A stretch of DNA of 63,393 bases, counting the filler, from Licmophora abbreviata (lineage: Eukaryota): assembly GCA_900291995.1 (NCBI GenBank). It is 14 parts of 14 records of this genome, joined end to end, with 100 filler letters (N's around TTAATTAATTAA, not from the genome) between each part and the next. Parts side by side here need not be neighbours in the genome. Positions count along the whole stretch, not along the records: positions 1 to 19,518 come from OLMU01004603.1; positions 19,619 to 22,603 come from OLMU01004604.1; 12 more parts are not named here. One strand, given 5' to 3'. A program made the translations under genes and the position numbers. This document shows, one piece after another, positions 12,463 through 22,703 of this stretch; within the stretch, counting starts at the first letter, position 1; every line of letters starts with the position of its first letter. The notes beneath the pieces are model-generated. The model was not told the DNA's origin. It ran no database searches and was given only the letters and a program-made list of their open reading frames with translations.

Positions 12463-13033
12463 ATGAAGCTCTCTCTTCGCGTACTAGCTGGTGCTGCCCT
12501 TGTAATGGGTTCGACAGCGGCCTTCTCCATGACGATGTCCAGGCCGTCGTCGTCGCAAAAAACCGCCGGCGAGAGTCGACGTGCTGTTCTGACTACGTCC
12601 GCCGCGAGTGTGATCGCGGGGGTGGCGACGAGCAGCGTCGGAGTACAGAAACCAGCTCTTGCTGCCGATGAAGACCTCTACAAAGACTTCATCACGACGG
12701 AGTCAGGGCTCAAGTATAAAGTCACCAATGAGGGTACCGGTGCTGTCCCCCAGCCAGGAGCCACAGTCAAAGCTCACTACACGGGGTGGTTGGATGGCTT
12801 CAACTCGCCCAAGAAGTTTGATTCGTCTCGCGATCGTGGCCGTCCCTTCCAGTTCCGTGTTGGAGCGGGACAGGTGATTCGAGGATGGGATGAATCGTTT
12901 TCTACCATGACGGTCGGCGAAAGGCGACAGTTGGTCATCCCACCGCGCTTGGGCTATGGAGACCGCGGAGCTGGAGGTCATTCCTGGTGGAGCTACCCTC
13001 TACTTTGATGTCGAACTGCTCGGCATTCTCTAA
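12463..13033 (+). CDS. Thylakoid-lumen FKBP-type peptidyl-prolyl isomerase (apparent frameshift near 12976)
   Basis: Signal peptide ending STAAF; twin-arginine SRRAVL...PALA; FKBP core KAHYTGWL...KFDSSRDRGRPFQFRVGAGQVIRGWDE...IPPRLGYG. The expected C-terminus VIPGGATLYFDVELLGIL* is in the next frame. Confidence 0.9.
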
Positions 13034-13088
13034 ATTTACTGGTCTGCAGCATGACCCGATAAGAGAGTAGCCGGTTGCGATTTTAATT

Positions 13089-14048
13089 CTAACTGCCTCG
13101 TTCTTCCGACTCTTTCTGCTTGTGTTTCTTCTTTTCCTTCTTTTGGTGCTTTTGTTCCTTCTTCGCTTTCTTTTCCGCTTTGCGCTCCTTCCTCGCCCTC
13201 TTTTTTTCCTTGCGCTCCTTCTTTGCTTGCTTCCGTGCAGACTTGTCTTCGGAAGGCGGTGAATCAGAAACCACAAGGCTCGTATCCGGGGTCGCGCCTG
13301 ATGACTCTACCTTTTTCTGTTTCGAGCCCACACCCTCCAAGGTCGTACTAGTGAGATCGGCACTTCGTTGACGTGTTGTTTCATCGGTTGGTGTCTTTAA
13401 CCCGTTGAGTTTCTGGTCGCCGGAATCTTTGGAGTCCGTTCCTCTCTTGCGCTTGTGCGTGGGAGTCGCCGTGTGTTCTGATTCTGTCGGCACTCCTGCT
13501 GGTATCCACCGTCGTTTCAGACCAGAGGCTTGAGGAATCGATGAATAGGATCGTCGTATAGGATCTGCAGGCTTGGGCGCAGTCTCTAATCGCGGCGCTA
13601 GCTCCGTTTCGGGTTTATCTCGCAAGCACGCCATATCAACCACGTTGATGTGTCGGCCAAATGTGATCGCCGATGGTCGCATGTACACTCGAGACTCTTC
13701 AGCCTCATCGTCGTTGTCGTCGCTGTCGTCTAATTCACTATCCTCGCCGCTGCGATCAGGCCGCTCTTCTGGTAACAAAAGTCGGAATGATTCATGCTCA
13801 ACAGGATGGCCGCCCACGAGTCCATATTCATGCTCGCCGTGACAAAAGGTTCCCAAAACGCCTCTAGTGCCATTCTCCAGCATCTTTATTTTCATACCGT
13901 CCAATGCTTGAACGTCAACACTCACAGGAAGTCTCACAGACCATACTTCGTAGTCGTCCTTCATGTCGTCTGGAAGCGAAAACGAGGGCGGTGCAAGCCG
14001 TGTGTTTTCCTGTCGGTCGCTGTTGTGATGTTGGCCGTTCTCAGACAT
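13089..14048 (-). CDS. RNA polymerase I subunit RPA34/A34.5-like protein
   Basis: EVWSVRLPVSVDVQALDGMKI dimerisation-module motif, IPQASGLKRRWIPAG motif, and a highly lysine-rich C-terminal tail. Confidence 0.7.
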   Translation of the reverse strand: MSENGQHHNSDRQENTRLAPPSFSLPDDMKDDYEVWSVRLPVSVDVQALDGMKIKMLENGTRGVLGTFCHGEHEYGLVGGHPVEHESFRLLLPEERPDRSGEDSELDDSDDNDDEAEESRVYMRPSAITFGRHINVVDMACLRDKPETELAPRLETAPKPADPIRRSYSSIPQASGLKRRWIPAGVPTESEHTATPTHKRKRGTDSKDSGDQKLNGLKTPTDETTRQRSADLTSTTLEGVGSKQKKVESSGATPDTSLVVSDSPPSEDKSARKQAKKERKEKKRARKERKAEKKAKKEQKHQKKEKKKHKQKESEERGS

Positions 14049-14473
14049 CTGACAATGATCTCCTCAAAGATAATGCCAGAGGCGGCAAACGAGGGATTTG
14101 AAAACTTAGAAACAATACTATCCTCCTTTACAACACGCCATCATTGTGCTGGCGCTTAATCAAACTTTCGAAAGTCGAGCACATCATAGCGCCGTCCAAA
14201 GTGAGTGGTCGGCAAGTGGCAAAGAGGTAGAATTCCTGATTCCTGTTTTCGATTCATTTGAACCCGGAAGTCTGGAAAATACATCCCGCGCTGATGTCGT
14301 CTACTACTCCGTAGTAGTAACACTCAAGTACCGGTAGGTAAGTGTCTACCCTGTCTACTTTGTCGTTGCAGCTCTGCCAACCTAATCTAAGCAAATGGCG
14401 AAGGAAAGGCAGCAGATTGCAATGCTTAGTTCAGCCAGCCATATTGACACATTATCTATTTGGCATTAGGCGA

Positions 14474-15280
14474 TCATCCCTGACGTGGAAACAGGAACGT
14501 AGCGGCAATTCCCATTACCTGATCTTCGTCCACAGCTTGAAACATGTAAAGCGGGAGTGGGCCATTGGTATCATTCGAATTTTCAAGCACCGGGTGCGGT
14601 GGTGGTCTAGGTCGTCTGTCCACGATGCATTCGTCTTTGCTGCGCAGACGTCCCAGTACCGTATGCGAAAGGGGGAGGTTGGACCCAGGCGGGTCGCCGC
14701 CCTGCAAGGTGTCCGCCAGTTGCCTAGTCTCACCACCACGCGCCAACGCACTGATACCAAGGATAGAGCTATCGGTGCACTCTGTTTCCCATGGGTTGAC
14801 TGCTGGTACTCCACCTCGTACCGTCTGGGAAAAGATTTCCGCAACATCACGAGCCCGTATGCCGAAAGCGGCAAAACACCCGATGTATCCAGCTACAGAA
14901 ATGAATAGGACAGAGCAGACAAAGAACGTTTGCAGTCTTCTTCGTTCACTTGGAGCGCCCCTTCTGTCCAGCCTGGACTGGCCGATGGGGCCGACCATCA
15001 AACTCATCGACGAGTGCACGGTAATCTCACCAGGTGGGATATCATCCTCGTCCCACGAGGGAAGGGGGCTGATCACCGGTGCATAGTTTCGGAGCACGAC
15101 TTTCGCGAGTGGGCTCTTTCCGACACTTTTCGCTCTTCGGAAGATTGATCTCGGGGTATCTTTTGTTTGCGCTTCACGGGAAGGTTTCGTTCCGGACGTG
15201 TTTGCTCTTTGAAACGGCGATCTCCATTCTTGTCGGCGGAAGTCCGGGGAAAGAGCGATCGGACCGCGACTTCGTCTCAT
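14474..15280 (-). CDS. Hypothetical single-pass membrane protein (3' end may be spliced)
   Basis: 268-aa ORF with basic N-terminus and one TM (FFVCSVLFISVAGYIGCFAAFGI). Possible donor CAG|GTAATG near the 3' end. Confidence 0.45.
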   Translation of the reverse strand: MRRSRGPIALSPDFRRQEWRSPFQRANTSGTKPSREAQTKDTPRSIFRRAKSVGKSPLAKVVLRNYAPVISPLPSWDEDDIPPGEITVHSSMSLMVGPIGQSRLDRRGAPSERRRLQTFFVCSVLFISVAGYIGCFAAFGIRARDVAEIFSQTVRGGVPAVNPWETECTDSSILGISALARGGETRQLADTLQGGDPPGSNLPLSHTVLGRLRSKDECIVDRRPRPPPHPVLENSNDTNGPLPLYMFQAVDEDQVMGIAATFLFPRQG

Positions 15281-15646
15281 TGGGGTTGAAAAGATCGGGG
15301 CAGAGGGAGTAGGAAGTTATGAGGGTCAAAGGACCAGCACAGCTTCCGACGCCCGATCCTTGAAAATAAGAGATGCACAAGGCATGCACTCTCGATCTGT
15401 CGCTCTCATCCTCTTCACTCAATCACATATGCCTGATGAATCGCGTGCGCGAGGTAGTCAAAAATGAAAAATGAAAAGGCCAGCCACAGCCTGAAGCCCT
15501 ACCGCTATCATAACAAAAATCGATTTTCTGAATCTCGCGTTCGTATTCCGGGATGGCTCTCTAGACTATTTCGTCAGCGCGTGTTTCCGTACCGGTACCG
15601 GCAAGTCTGCGTCATTTCTTACTCCAAAGCGCAAACGGCCTCAAGG

Positions 15647-17332
15647 TTAGCTTATTGTATCGTCTAGAGGGCCACACAATTCGGCGATGTCGTCGAGCGA
15701 AAGCGTCAACAGGCTCATATCCTCGAACACCTGAACGACCCCCTTTCCAGCCTTCGAGTCGCGTTCCAGCAGTTTCCCTTTCGAGAATTGATGCTTTCCT
15801 GTCAACACAATTGTATTGCCTCCGACTTTTGGTAATGCCGTCTCTAGGTATCGTTCCGGTACTCGATCCAAGACTTGTCCATCAGACATTTGCAGGGTGG
15901 CATTCGCCCCGCCATGCGTAACATCTAGTACCAGCCCCTTTTGCTTGTACTGCCTCCGCCCCAGCTTTTCTGTAACAAGGCGCACCCTAATGTTCGTCAA
16001 TAGCCAATGCTTCGGCTCTTCTTCCCGCCTGCGTTTCTTGCGATCTCGCGGGCCGTCATCTGATCGTCTTTTCTTCCTTCGCTCGCCCTCCTCGTGTCGT
16101 CGACGATCCCGGTCACGGCTGCGATCTCGTTCTGATTCGTCTTCAAGGTTGGACTTCCGTCGATCCTCCTTTCGGCAATTTCTGTTCCCATCGTCCCCCC
16201 GCCGGCTGTCGCTCGCTACTCCACGCCCTTCTGACTCTCTTCTGTTCACGTCGTTGGCGCCGTTGCTTCTCGGACGTGGTGGCTCCCGAAAGGGCCGCTC
16301 TTCCAGCTCTGACCGGTCCACCAGCCCCATGATATCTCCCCGTTTCATACTGGTGGGTTCCGCTTCGCCTTCATACTGCACCAATACACGATTCAGCCCC
16401 GGCACGCCCATGAGCTTCACCGCACGCGCCCGCTTTCCACTGGCTGTTCCGACGATGCTTCCATCTTGCAATGTACGCTGTTTGTCTTGCTGCAAACGTT
16501 TCTGACGTTCTGTTTCGTATCCTTGATGCTGTTTCATCATGCGCTCCTCCCGCTCTACCTGATCTGGTCGTCTCATCTTTCCAGTAACTGATGTAGGAGC
16601 AGGCAATTTTGGAGTCGCCCCCAGTCCCAAGCGATGTGGTCGTGGCATGCTTTCGGCCGAATCATTGTTCGTTTTTTCATTGCTGTTATCACCAGTCCAC
16701 CCCATCCCTCGTAGCATGGCAGCACCAAATTCCGATATGGGTGTCTGCGCGTATACATTCGAGTCCACTGGCACGTCGTCCGGACGTGAGTCAAGATCGC
16801 GACGCAGCTGCTGAGCATCCGTGTCGACGTGCGCACTATTTTCGCCAGATTGATGTTGAATCACCAGTGACCCGTCGGCGGAAAAATTGGTGCTTGCATC
16901 TTGCTGGCGCTTGTGGGAAAAATGGTCCGTGGCCGACTGCATGAGTGCCTCAGCGGCTGCTGCTGCGTCGGGATCCGCATCGTCATCATAATGTTTCGAG
17001 GGCTTGGGTGTTTCTTTTGTATCAGGATAACTTTGAGCTGCTTCAGTAAAATTTGTATCAGAAGCTGCAGCCATACTACCTAGCAGAAATCCTCCACCTC
17101 CTCGCTGCTGGCTCGATTCATCAGGCAACGGAATGACCAACGGTTCGCTCGAAGGACGACTGCTGCGAGGAATGTCGTTTCCGGTCGCTTGCTCCCCAAA
17201 TTCTGAAGCCACTACAGCTCTTTTCGTCTTCTTTCTTTTGCTACTATATCCAAGCGAAAAGACAACTTTCGGCTGAGGCTCGGAAGGTACGTTGTCATCG
17301 TCATCGTTGGAAATGGTGCTCGTCGTCGCCAT
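15647..17332 (-). CDS. GPKOW: G-patch and KOW domain splicing factor (Spp2/MOS2/GPKOW family)
   Basis: G-patch YAQTPISEFGAAMLRGMGW...RPHRLGLGA; RD/RE-rich linker; C-terminal KOW region WLLTNIRVRLV...YLETALPK...LDDIAE. Confidence 0.9.
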   Translation of the reverse strand: MATTSTISNDDDDNVPSEPQPKVVFSLGYSSKRKKTKRAVVASEFGEQATGNDIPRSSRPSSEPLVIPLPDESSQQRGGGGFLLGSMAAASDTNFTEAAQSYPDTKETPKPSKHYDDDADPDAAAAAEALMQSATDHFSHKRQQDASTNFSADGSLVIQHQSGENSAHVDTDAQQLRRDLDSRPDDVPVDSNVYAQTPISEFGAAMLRGMGWTGDNSNEKTNNDSAESMPRPHRLGLGATPKLPAPTSVTGKMRRPDQVEREERMMKQHQGYETERQKRLQQDKQRTLQDGSIVGTASGKRARAVKLMGVPGLNRVLVQYEGEAEPTSMKRGDIMGLVDRSELEERPFREPPRPRSNGANDVNRRESEGRGVASDSRRGDDGNRNCRKEDRRKSNLEDESERDRSRDRDRRRHEEGERRKKRRSDDGPRDRKKRRREEEPKHWLLTNIRVRLVTEKLGRRQYKQKGLVLDVTHGGANATLQMSDGQVLDRVPERYLETALPKVGGNTIVLTGKHQFSKGKLLERDSKAGKGVVQVFEDMSLLTLSLDDIAELCGPLDDTIS

Positions 17333-17554
17333 GGTCACAGCGCCACACAAAAAGAGTGTGGTGAAATCTGCAGCGATTTGGATGGGATAAATAGCGTATT
17401 CCAATAAGATGTATATATTCCGTCAATACAGATTTCTGAGCCGCGAGCGACGCACGACTCGACAACCGGCGGCAACATCAACATAGCGCGACCACACACA
17501 GTACCACACAATGATGATTATGCTCATGATACATGAAGAACCTGATGTGTGCCC

Positions 17555-18271
17555 ATGCGTCGCCGTTTCACAGTTCTTCCATTGATCCTTCTACTGTTAC
17601 CTACAATGACTTCGTCGCTTGTCAGAATCGCCACGTTTGCACTGACTCCAAGAATTTCCCTGGCAATTGTCCGGGGCTCCGTGCTGGACTTTGAACACAG
17701 CAACGGCGCGATTGTCAATGCCGCCAACGAAGAATGCCTCGGTGGGGGCGGAGTCGACGGGGCCATCACTGCAGCAGGAGGCAAGAATCTCCGTCGCGAT
17801 CGAGAAAGCTTGCCCATCCTCGACGACAGTACTGGTGTACGATGTCCCACAGGACAGGCCCGTATCACGGGTCCCAACACCTACGGCACCCTCCGCGTGA
17901 ATCATGTCATTCATGCCGTGGGACCGGATTACTGGGCGTATGACACGCCGGAAGAAGGGGATATGCTAGTCGCATTGGCCTATCGATCCTCACTGGACTG
18001 CGCACAGCAGGCCAGGTTACAAAGTGTGGCGTTTTCCCTTCTCTCGGCGGGTCTGTTTCGAGGGACGCAGAGTTTGAAACAGGTATTGCAAGTAGGGGTG
18101 GAAAGTCTGTGTGACTGGGCGGAAATGAAGGAACAACAACAGGAAGAAACCGTGCTCCAAGAAATTATTCTGTGTGGTTTCAATGAGAATGAAGTTACTA
18201 CTTTGGTCGAGATTGCAACAGAAATGGATCTGAAAAAACGAGTGGACGAATGCAGCGACGAAAGCGAATAG
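17555..18271 (+). CDS. Macrodomain ADP-ribosylhydrolase / O-acetyl-ADP-ribose deacetylase (MacroD-type)
   Basis: AIVNAANEECLGGGGVDGAITAAGG, CPTGQARIT, VIHAVGP, VAFSLLSAGLF. Confidence 0.9.
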   Translation: MRRRFTVLPLILLLLPTMTSSLVRIATFALTPRISLAIVRGSVLDFEHSNGAIVNAANEECLGGGGVDGAITAAGGKNLRRDRESLPILDDSTGVRCPTGQARITGPNTYGTLRVNHVIHAVGPDYWAYDTPEEGDMLVALAYRSSLDCAQQARLQSVAFSLLSAGLFRGTQSLKQVLQVGVESLCDWAEMKEQQQEETVLQEIILCGFNENEVTTLVEIATEMDLKKRVDECSDESE

Positions 18272-18345
18272 CAACGTTTATAGTTCTCTTACGCTACAGA
18301 GAGTCGACGCTCTCCAACAAACATACATATAGTGACCTACATCGC

Positions 18346-19494
18346 TCACGATGACCTTTCAATAAGCTTCCACGCGACTGTTTCTCCTGCACGCATCGGA
18401 GTTACGCTACGACCCTCCCCAAAGTCATAGCTCATTGGAACATCCCACGCACTCTTTTCCAATGTGATCGTTGTCGCGTTTCTAGGCAAACCATAATGGT
18501 CTGCGCCAAACGAGCTCGTAAAGTGTTCTAGCTTGTCCAACGCGCCCACGCTTTCGAAGGCTTCCGCGTAAAGTTCGACGGCCGCATGAGCCGTGAAGAC
18601 GCCGGCACAACCACAGGCGCTCTCCTTGTCGTCCGTGGCGTGAGGAGCGGAATCGGTGCCGGCGAAAAACTTGGGACTCCCTGACGCTGCAGCCTTCAAT
18701 AGGGCCTGGCGATGTACTTCGGCCTTGAGGATAGGAAGACAATACAAGTGAGGACGAATCCCGCCAACTAGTAAGTCTGAAGGAAGGTGTGTGAGGAGAG
18801 TGAGCATGCGATAGAATTGCCAGAATCCTCATCCAGTATAAAGACACATAGAGAGAGCTGCTCATCCCCACTTACGATTCCGATTATAAATCAAATGATG
18901 ACAGGTGATGGTCGCCTTGACGTTTTCCGATGCCGACAAGACATAGTCTACCGCTTGTTCAGTCGAAATGTGTTCCATGACGATCTTAAGATTTGGAAAG
19001 TCTTTCACAAGCGGCTTCATGACTTCCTCAATGAAGACTGGTTCCCGATCAAAGATATCCGCATGTGTCACTTCAGAATGAATCAAGAGTAGCATACCCA
19101 CATCTTGCATTGCCTGCAACGCCGGATACGTATTCTTGACATCGGTGACACCGAAGTCGCTGTTGGTAGTGGCACCCGCCGGATAGTACTTGCACGCAAC
19201 GACGAGTCCTGTCGCATGTGCCTTTCGAATTTCTTGAGGAGATGTCTTGTCCGTGAGATAGAGAGTCATGAGGGGTTCAAACGGCGATTCACTACTGGCC
19301 AAGACGTGCTGTCGGTATTTCAGTGCCTGCTCGGTAGTCACGACAGGAGGCTTCAGATTCGGCATCACCAGGATGCGGCCGAATCGTTGTGTCGCATGTT
19401 TCAATACCGCAGAGGTCTTGGATCCATCGCGTAAATGATGATGAAAGTCATCGGGGAGACGAATGGTGATACGAGAAGGAGACGAAGAGGCCAT
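18346..19494 (-). CDS. pyrC: Dihydroorotase, stand-alone E. coli PyrC type (exons 19494-18876, 18776-18346)
   Basis: [47 protein letters not shown] 99-nt GTAAGT...CAG intron restores [22 protein letters not shown]. Confidence 0.95.
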
Positions 19495-19518
19495 GGTCGA
19501 ACACTGATGCAAAAGTTG

Positions 19519-19618
19519 NNNNNNNNNNNNNNNNNNNNNNNNNNNNNNNNNNNNNNNNNNNNTTAATTAATTAANNNNNNNNNNNNNNNNNNNNNNNNNN
19601 NNNNNNNNNNNNNNNNNN
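19519..19618. other. Artificial scaffold linker (44 N + TTAATTAATTAA + 44 N), first of 13
   Basis: Same 100-nt structure at 19519, 22604, 28348, 29509, 31585, 38357, 40882, 42680, 45466, 49502, 50893, 52730 and 54778. The palindrome TTAATTAATTAA places TAA in all six frames. Confidence 0.97.
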
Positions 19619-20074
19619 TCGTCGAGACGAGATCTCTTTTGTGCATCACGATGAACGCGATGGGAGTTTGGAATTTGGAAATTTGAAATGTGTCAGGGCG
19701 TATCCACCTTCAAAATGCATCATACATTGATGAGGAATGAAAAGAGGGCGTCTCACTAATTGTACAGAGAAAACTGTGTAAGATTCAACGAGGACAGATC
19801 TCATCGCGCACGCCGAGGCGCGCCGGCATTCCAAACTACCCAGAGGGCCACATCATGGTATAGTATCTCATTCAGAATCAATCATACCGGTATAGTACGG
19901 GCACGACGGCATACAAACTTGATGAATATCGTCGGTAAGATCGGTGTTGCTCTACGAACACTCTGAGGCTTTTGTCACGTTCCTGTGGTATACAGGAGTG
20001 TCCGCATTGATTTTGTAATATCTTTAGAGGTTGGCATTGGTCCGCGAAGGAAGCCACCGGCAGTAAGATACCAG

Positions 20075-22372
20075 ATGAGGGTGGGTGACATCATAGCTTC
20101 ACCCCGTCGGCATAGCTGCAGCGATCCTATCGACGGGAGCGTATCAGCTTTCCTGTTTGTCATCGAAAAGACCCCGCCCGAAAAGTGGCAGCGGAGATGC
20201 GATGCCCTCGATTGTCTTGTTGGGAGCATTCCGACCCCGTTGCCGTCTGAATTGTCCTCCGCGACGCCGTGGTATCAGTCGGCCGATCAGCTTCAGCACT
20301 TGACACTTCCTCTGTCTCAGCTCTTGCGGGACCCACGAAGCTCAGTCGTCAAGCGTACATGTCAGAACTTGACCACTCTACTGGACAAGTGCCGATCGCA
20401 TGCTCGTTTGTTGATGCGCGATCTCTTTCCCAGCATTCTAGCAGTTCACGCTCAGACAATACAGGTGATTCGAAATCTTTGTCAGAGCATGATAGCGGAA
20501 TCCTTACCCAAGGTACCTTGTAAGGCCAGTCTTCCGTTGTTAATGGAACGTCTCGCTGGGGACAAGAGTCGGTGGGTTCGTGAGGCTTGTGCACTCTACA
20601 TCTGCATCGCACTCACGTCTTGGAACAGGGATGGCTACTTGCCTACCGATCTTTGGCACAAGGTCGGCGTTACTCTGTTGAATGCTGTGCACGACGCTCA
20701 CCCAACCGTTCGAAAGTATTCCAAAGATGGCTTAGCTATATTGCAGCAGTCACAACCTACCGTCTTTCAAGATCTAGAGTTCGAAACGAAGAATCCAAAG
20801 CTCAAGAAATGGATTCGCGAGCAAGTCGTCGTCAACGTCGCGCTCGTGAAGGACTTCCTGTCGGTAGAGAGCGGTGGGGCGGATGGGCACAGCGTCGTCA
20901 CGGCGGCGACGCATTCCTCCCGATGCTCGGTCCCACAGAGTGTCGTGGTCAGCACGCAGAAGAAGCCTCCGAGATCCACGTCTCGTCGCAGCGGTATGCC
21001 CACTCCACGAACGCGACGAACGCCTGTCCAGGCCCCGCAAGGCGGACGAGTCAATGGAAATTCCAGAACGACCGGCGCGACTACACCACCCGCTTTCGGC
21101 AGCGCAGCTCGAAGGGACAATGGCACCGTGGCCACCGCGTCACCTCTCTCCCCAACCAGTTTGTCGTCGTCCATTGCAACCTCAATCGCATCACCATCCC
21201 TCGTGGCCGGTGTCAAACCTGGCAGAAGAGCTACTAGCGTCAAGTCCCGAGACTGTAAGGTGGCTTCCGACCCTTCAATTCAGCAGTTTGTGAAGGTTCC
21301 AGCATCGCCTAAGAACGGTGTAACTATCGCCCTGGCGACAGCAGATGAAGATACCATCTCACTACTGGACGAAAGCTTGGTGACGGCTCGTCCCAGATCG
21401 CCGACCTCACCCAGTTCACAGGGAATGCCACGTGCTAAAACATTGTGGCCGGATGACGACATCAAGAGCAACGAGAAAAAGGAACAATGCAAGTGGAAAG
21501 CGGCTGTCGTGGCATTTTTGCTGGTCGTCTTCGTGCTTCTTCTAGTAGTGACATCGTGTTGGCAGTTGGGCTTATTGGACACGACAGTCTCCAACTTCTC
21601 AGAGATGATGATAGACGGGGCTTCTGAAAGAACAAGGAACGCTGAATTGAAAATGCTGGAGGACTTCGTGCCGGTGTCAACAAGATCTACGCCCGATGTC
21701 GTTGTGGACGACATGTCAGGCGTCAGTCCGCAAGAGACATTTGACGCTGATGACAACGATGCCAACATAGAAAGAGAAAGTGCTTCGCAAGATCAAGCCT
21801 TTACCGAAATGGACGATAGTGAAAAATCAATCGAAAGTGAGGAGGTTAGCGCCGAGCCAGAGCCAACTGCGTCCACGGCGGAGGTCAGTGCAAATGACAT
21901 TTTATCCGACGCGCAGATGTCAAACGCTACGGAGGGCAGTATCAACGGTGGCGATGAAGCTGGCTACGGTGCGTGGGATGAGATTTTATCCTCTAAAGAA
22001 CGTGCGAAAGTGAGAAGAGATGAACAGAAAGATGAAGACAATATCGTCGTATCGGGTGGAGCTTTGTTGGCCTTCGAGAGGGAGCCATTTTCCTTGGGCC
22101 CATTGGATTCATCGTTCACGGACGGAAGGAAGGACTTGTCTAGCTTTCCACCCAAGGCGGAACCCCAAACTATGCTAAATCTAACATTTCTTCCATGGGC
22201 ACCTTTCCGCGCTGGTAAAGTACTCAGAAGAAGGCCGTCCTTGCTCGAGTCTGATTCTCGGGAGTCGATCGCTTATTTGCTCAGACAGCGCATGGCCCTG
22301 AAGAGGAATGAGCTAGACAGACAGGTATGTCAGGCCTTCAGAAACGAAACAACGCCGAACAGTTCAACCTAA
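20075..22372 (+). CDS. CLASP N-terminal (TOG/HEAT)-domain protein with a single transmembrane helix
   Basis: EKWQRRCDAL...LSQLLRDPRSSVVKRTC...DKSRWVREACALY...DAHPTVRK resembles CLASP_N. Followed by an S/R/P-rich linker, TM AAVVAFLLVVFVLLLVV and an acidic C-terminal region. Confidence 0.7.
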   Translation: MRVGDIIASPRRHSCSDPIDGSVSAFLFVIEKTPPEKWQRRCDALDCLVGSIPTPLPSELSSATPWYQSADQLQHLTLPLSQLLRDPRSSVVKRTCQNLTTLLDKCRSHARLLMRDLFPSILAVHAQTIQVIRNLCQSMIAESLPKVPCKASLPLLMERLAGDKSRWVREACALYICIALTSWNRDGYLPTDLWHKVGVTLLNAVHDAHPTVRKYSKDGLAILQQSQPTVFQDLEFETKNPKLKKWIREQVVVNVALVKDFLSVESGGADGHSVVTAATHSSRCSVPQSVVVSTQKKPPRSTSRRSGMPTPRTRRTPVQAPQGGRVNGNSRTTGATTPPAFGSAARRDNGTVATASPLSPTSLSSSIATSIASPSLVAGVKPGRRATSVKSRDCKVASDPSIQQFVKVPASPKNGVTIALATADEDTISLLDESLVTARPRSPTSPSSQGMPRAKTLWPDDDIKSNEKKEQCKWKAAVVAFLLVVFVLLLVVTSCWQLGLLDTTVSNFSEMMIDGASERTRNAELKMLEDFVPVSTRSTPDVVVDDMSGVSPQETFDADDNDANIERESASQDQAFTEMDDSEKSIESEEVSAEPEPTASTAEVSANDILSDAQMSNATEGSINGGDEAGYGAWDEILSSKERAKVRRDEQKDEDNIVVSGGALLAFEREPFSLGPLDSSFTDGRKDLSSFPPKAEPQTMLNLTFLPWAPFRAGKVLRRRPSLLESDSRESIAYLLRQRMALKRNELDRQVCQAFRNETTPNSST

Positions 22373-22703
22373 CTACCATGGAAAGACTCAATCAAGTATA
22401 TATGCGGAACACACGTCAGCGACCAGCAAGTGTGGTGAACACTGAGAAAAAATACAGACAATCTTTAGTGTCTAGCAGTGTAGAACTATCAATACGATCG
22501 ACGGTAGCAGTAACTGGTTACGGTAGTGATAGTTATGTGCCTGACGTCGGAAGCTGTCCGTACCGCCGACTACCTAAACTGAGTCTCGGAGCTGATGAAG
22601 CGCNNNNNNNNNNNNNNNNNNNNNNNNNNNNNNNNNNNNNNNNNNNNTTAATTAATTAANNNNNNNNNNNNNNNNNNNNNNNNNNNNNNNNNNNNNNNNN
22701 NNN

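Noticed and set aside
12970..12980. Programmed ribosomal frameshifting in FKBP (or in the SDR at ~44005)
   Set aside because: No slippery heptamer or obvious stimulatory structure; several independent small indels point to consensus errors.
18346..19494. Bacterial contamination suggested by E. coli-like PyrC
   Set aside because: Contains a canonical spliceosomal intron and sits among eukaryotic genes; this enzyme type is known in plants and algae.
19563..19574. Recurrent palindrome TTAATTAATTAA as a biological repeat
   Set aside because: Always centred in identical N padding; an artificial six-frame stop linker.
3990..22372. SUN + MZT1 + CLASP-like genes as a nuclear-envelope/microtubule gene cluster
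   Set aside because: Unrelated genes intervene, a gap separates CLASP, and mid-SUN proteins are not the classical LINC SUNs.
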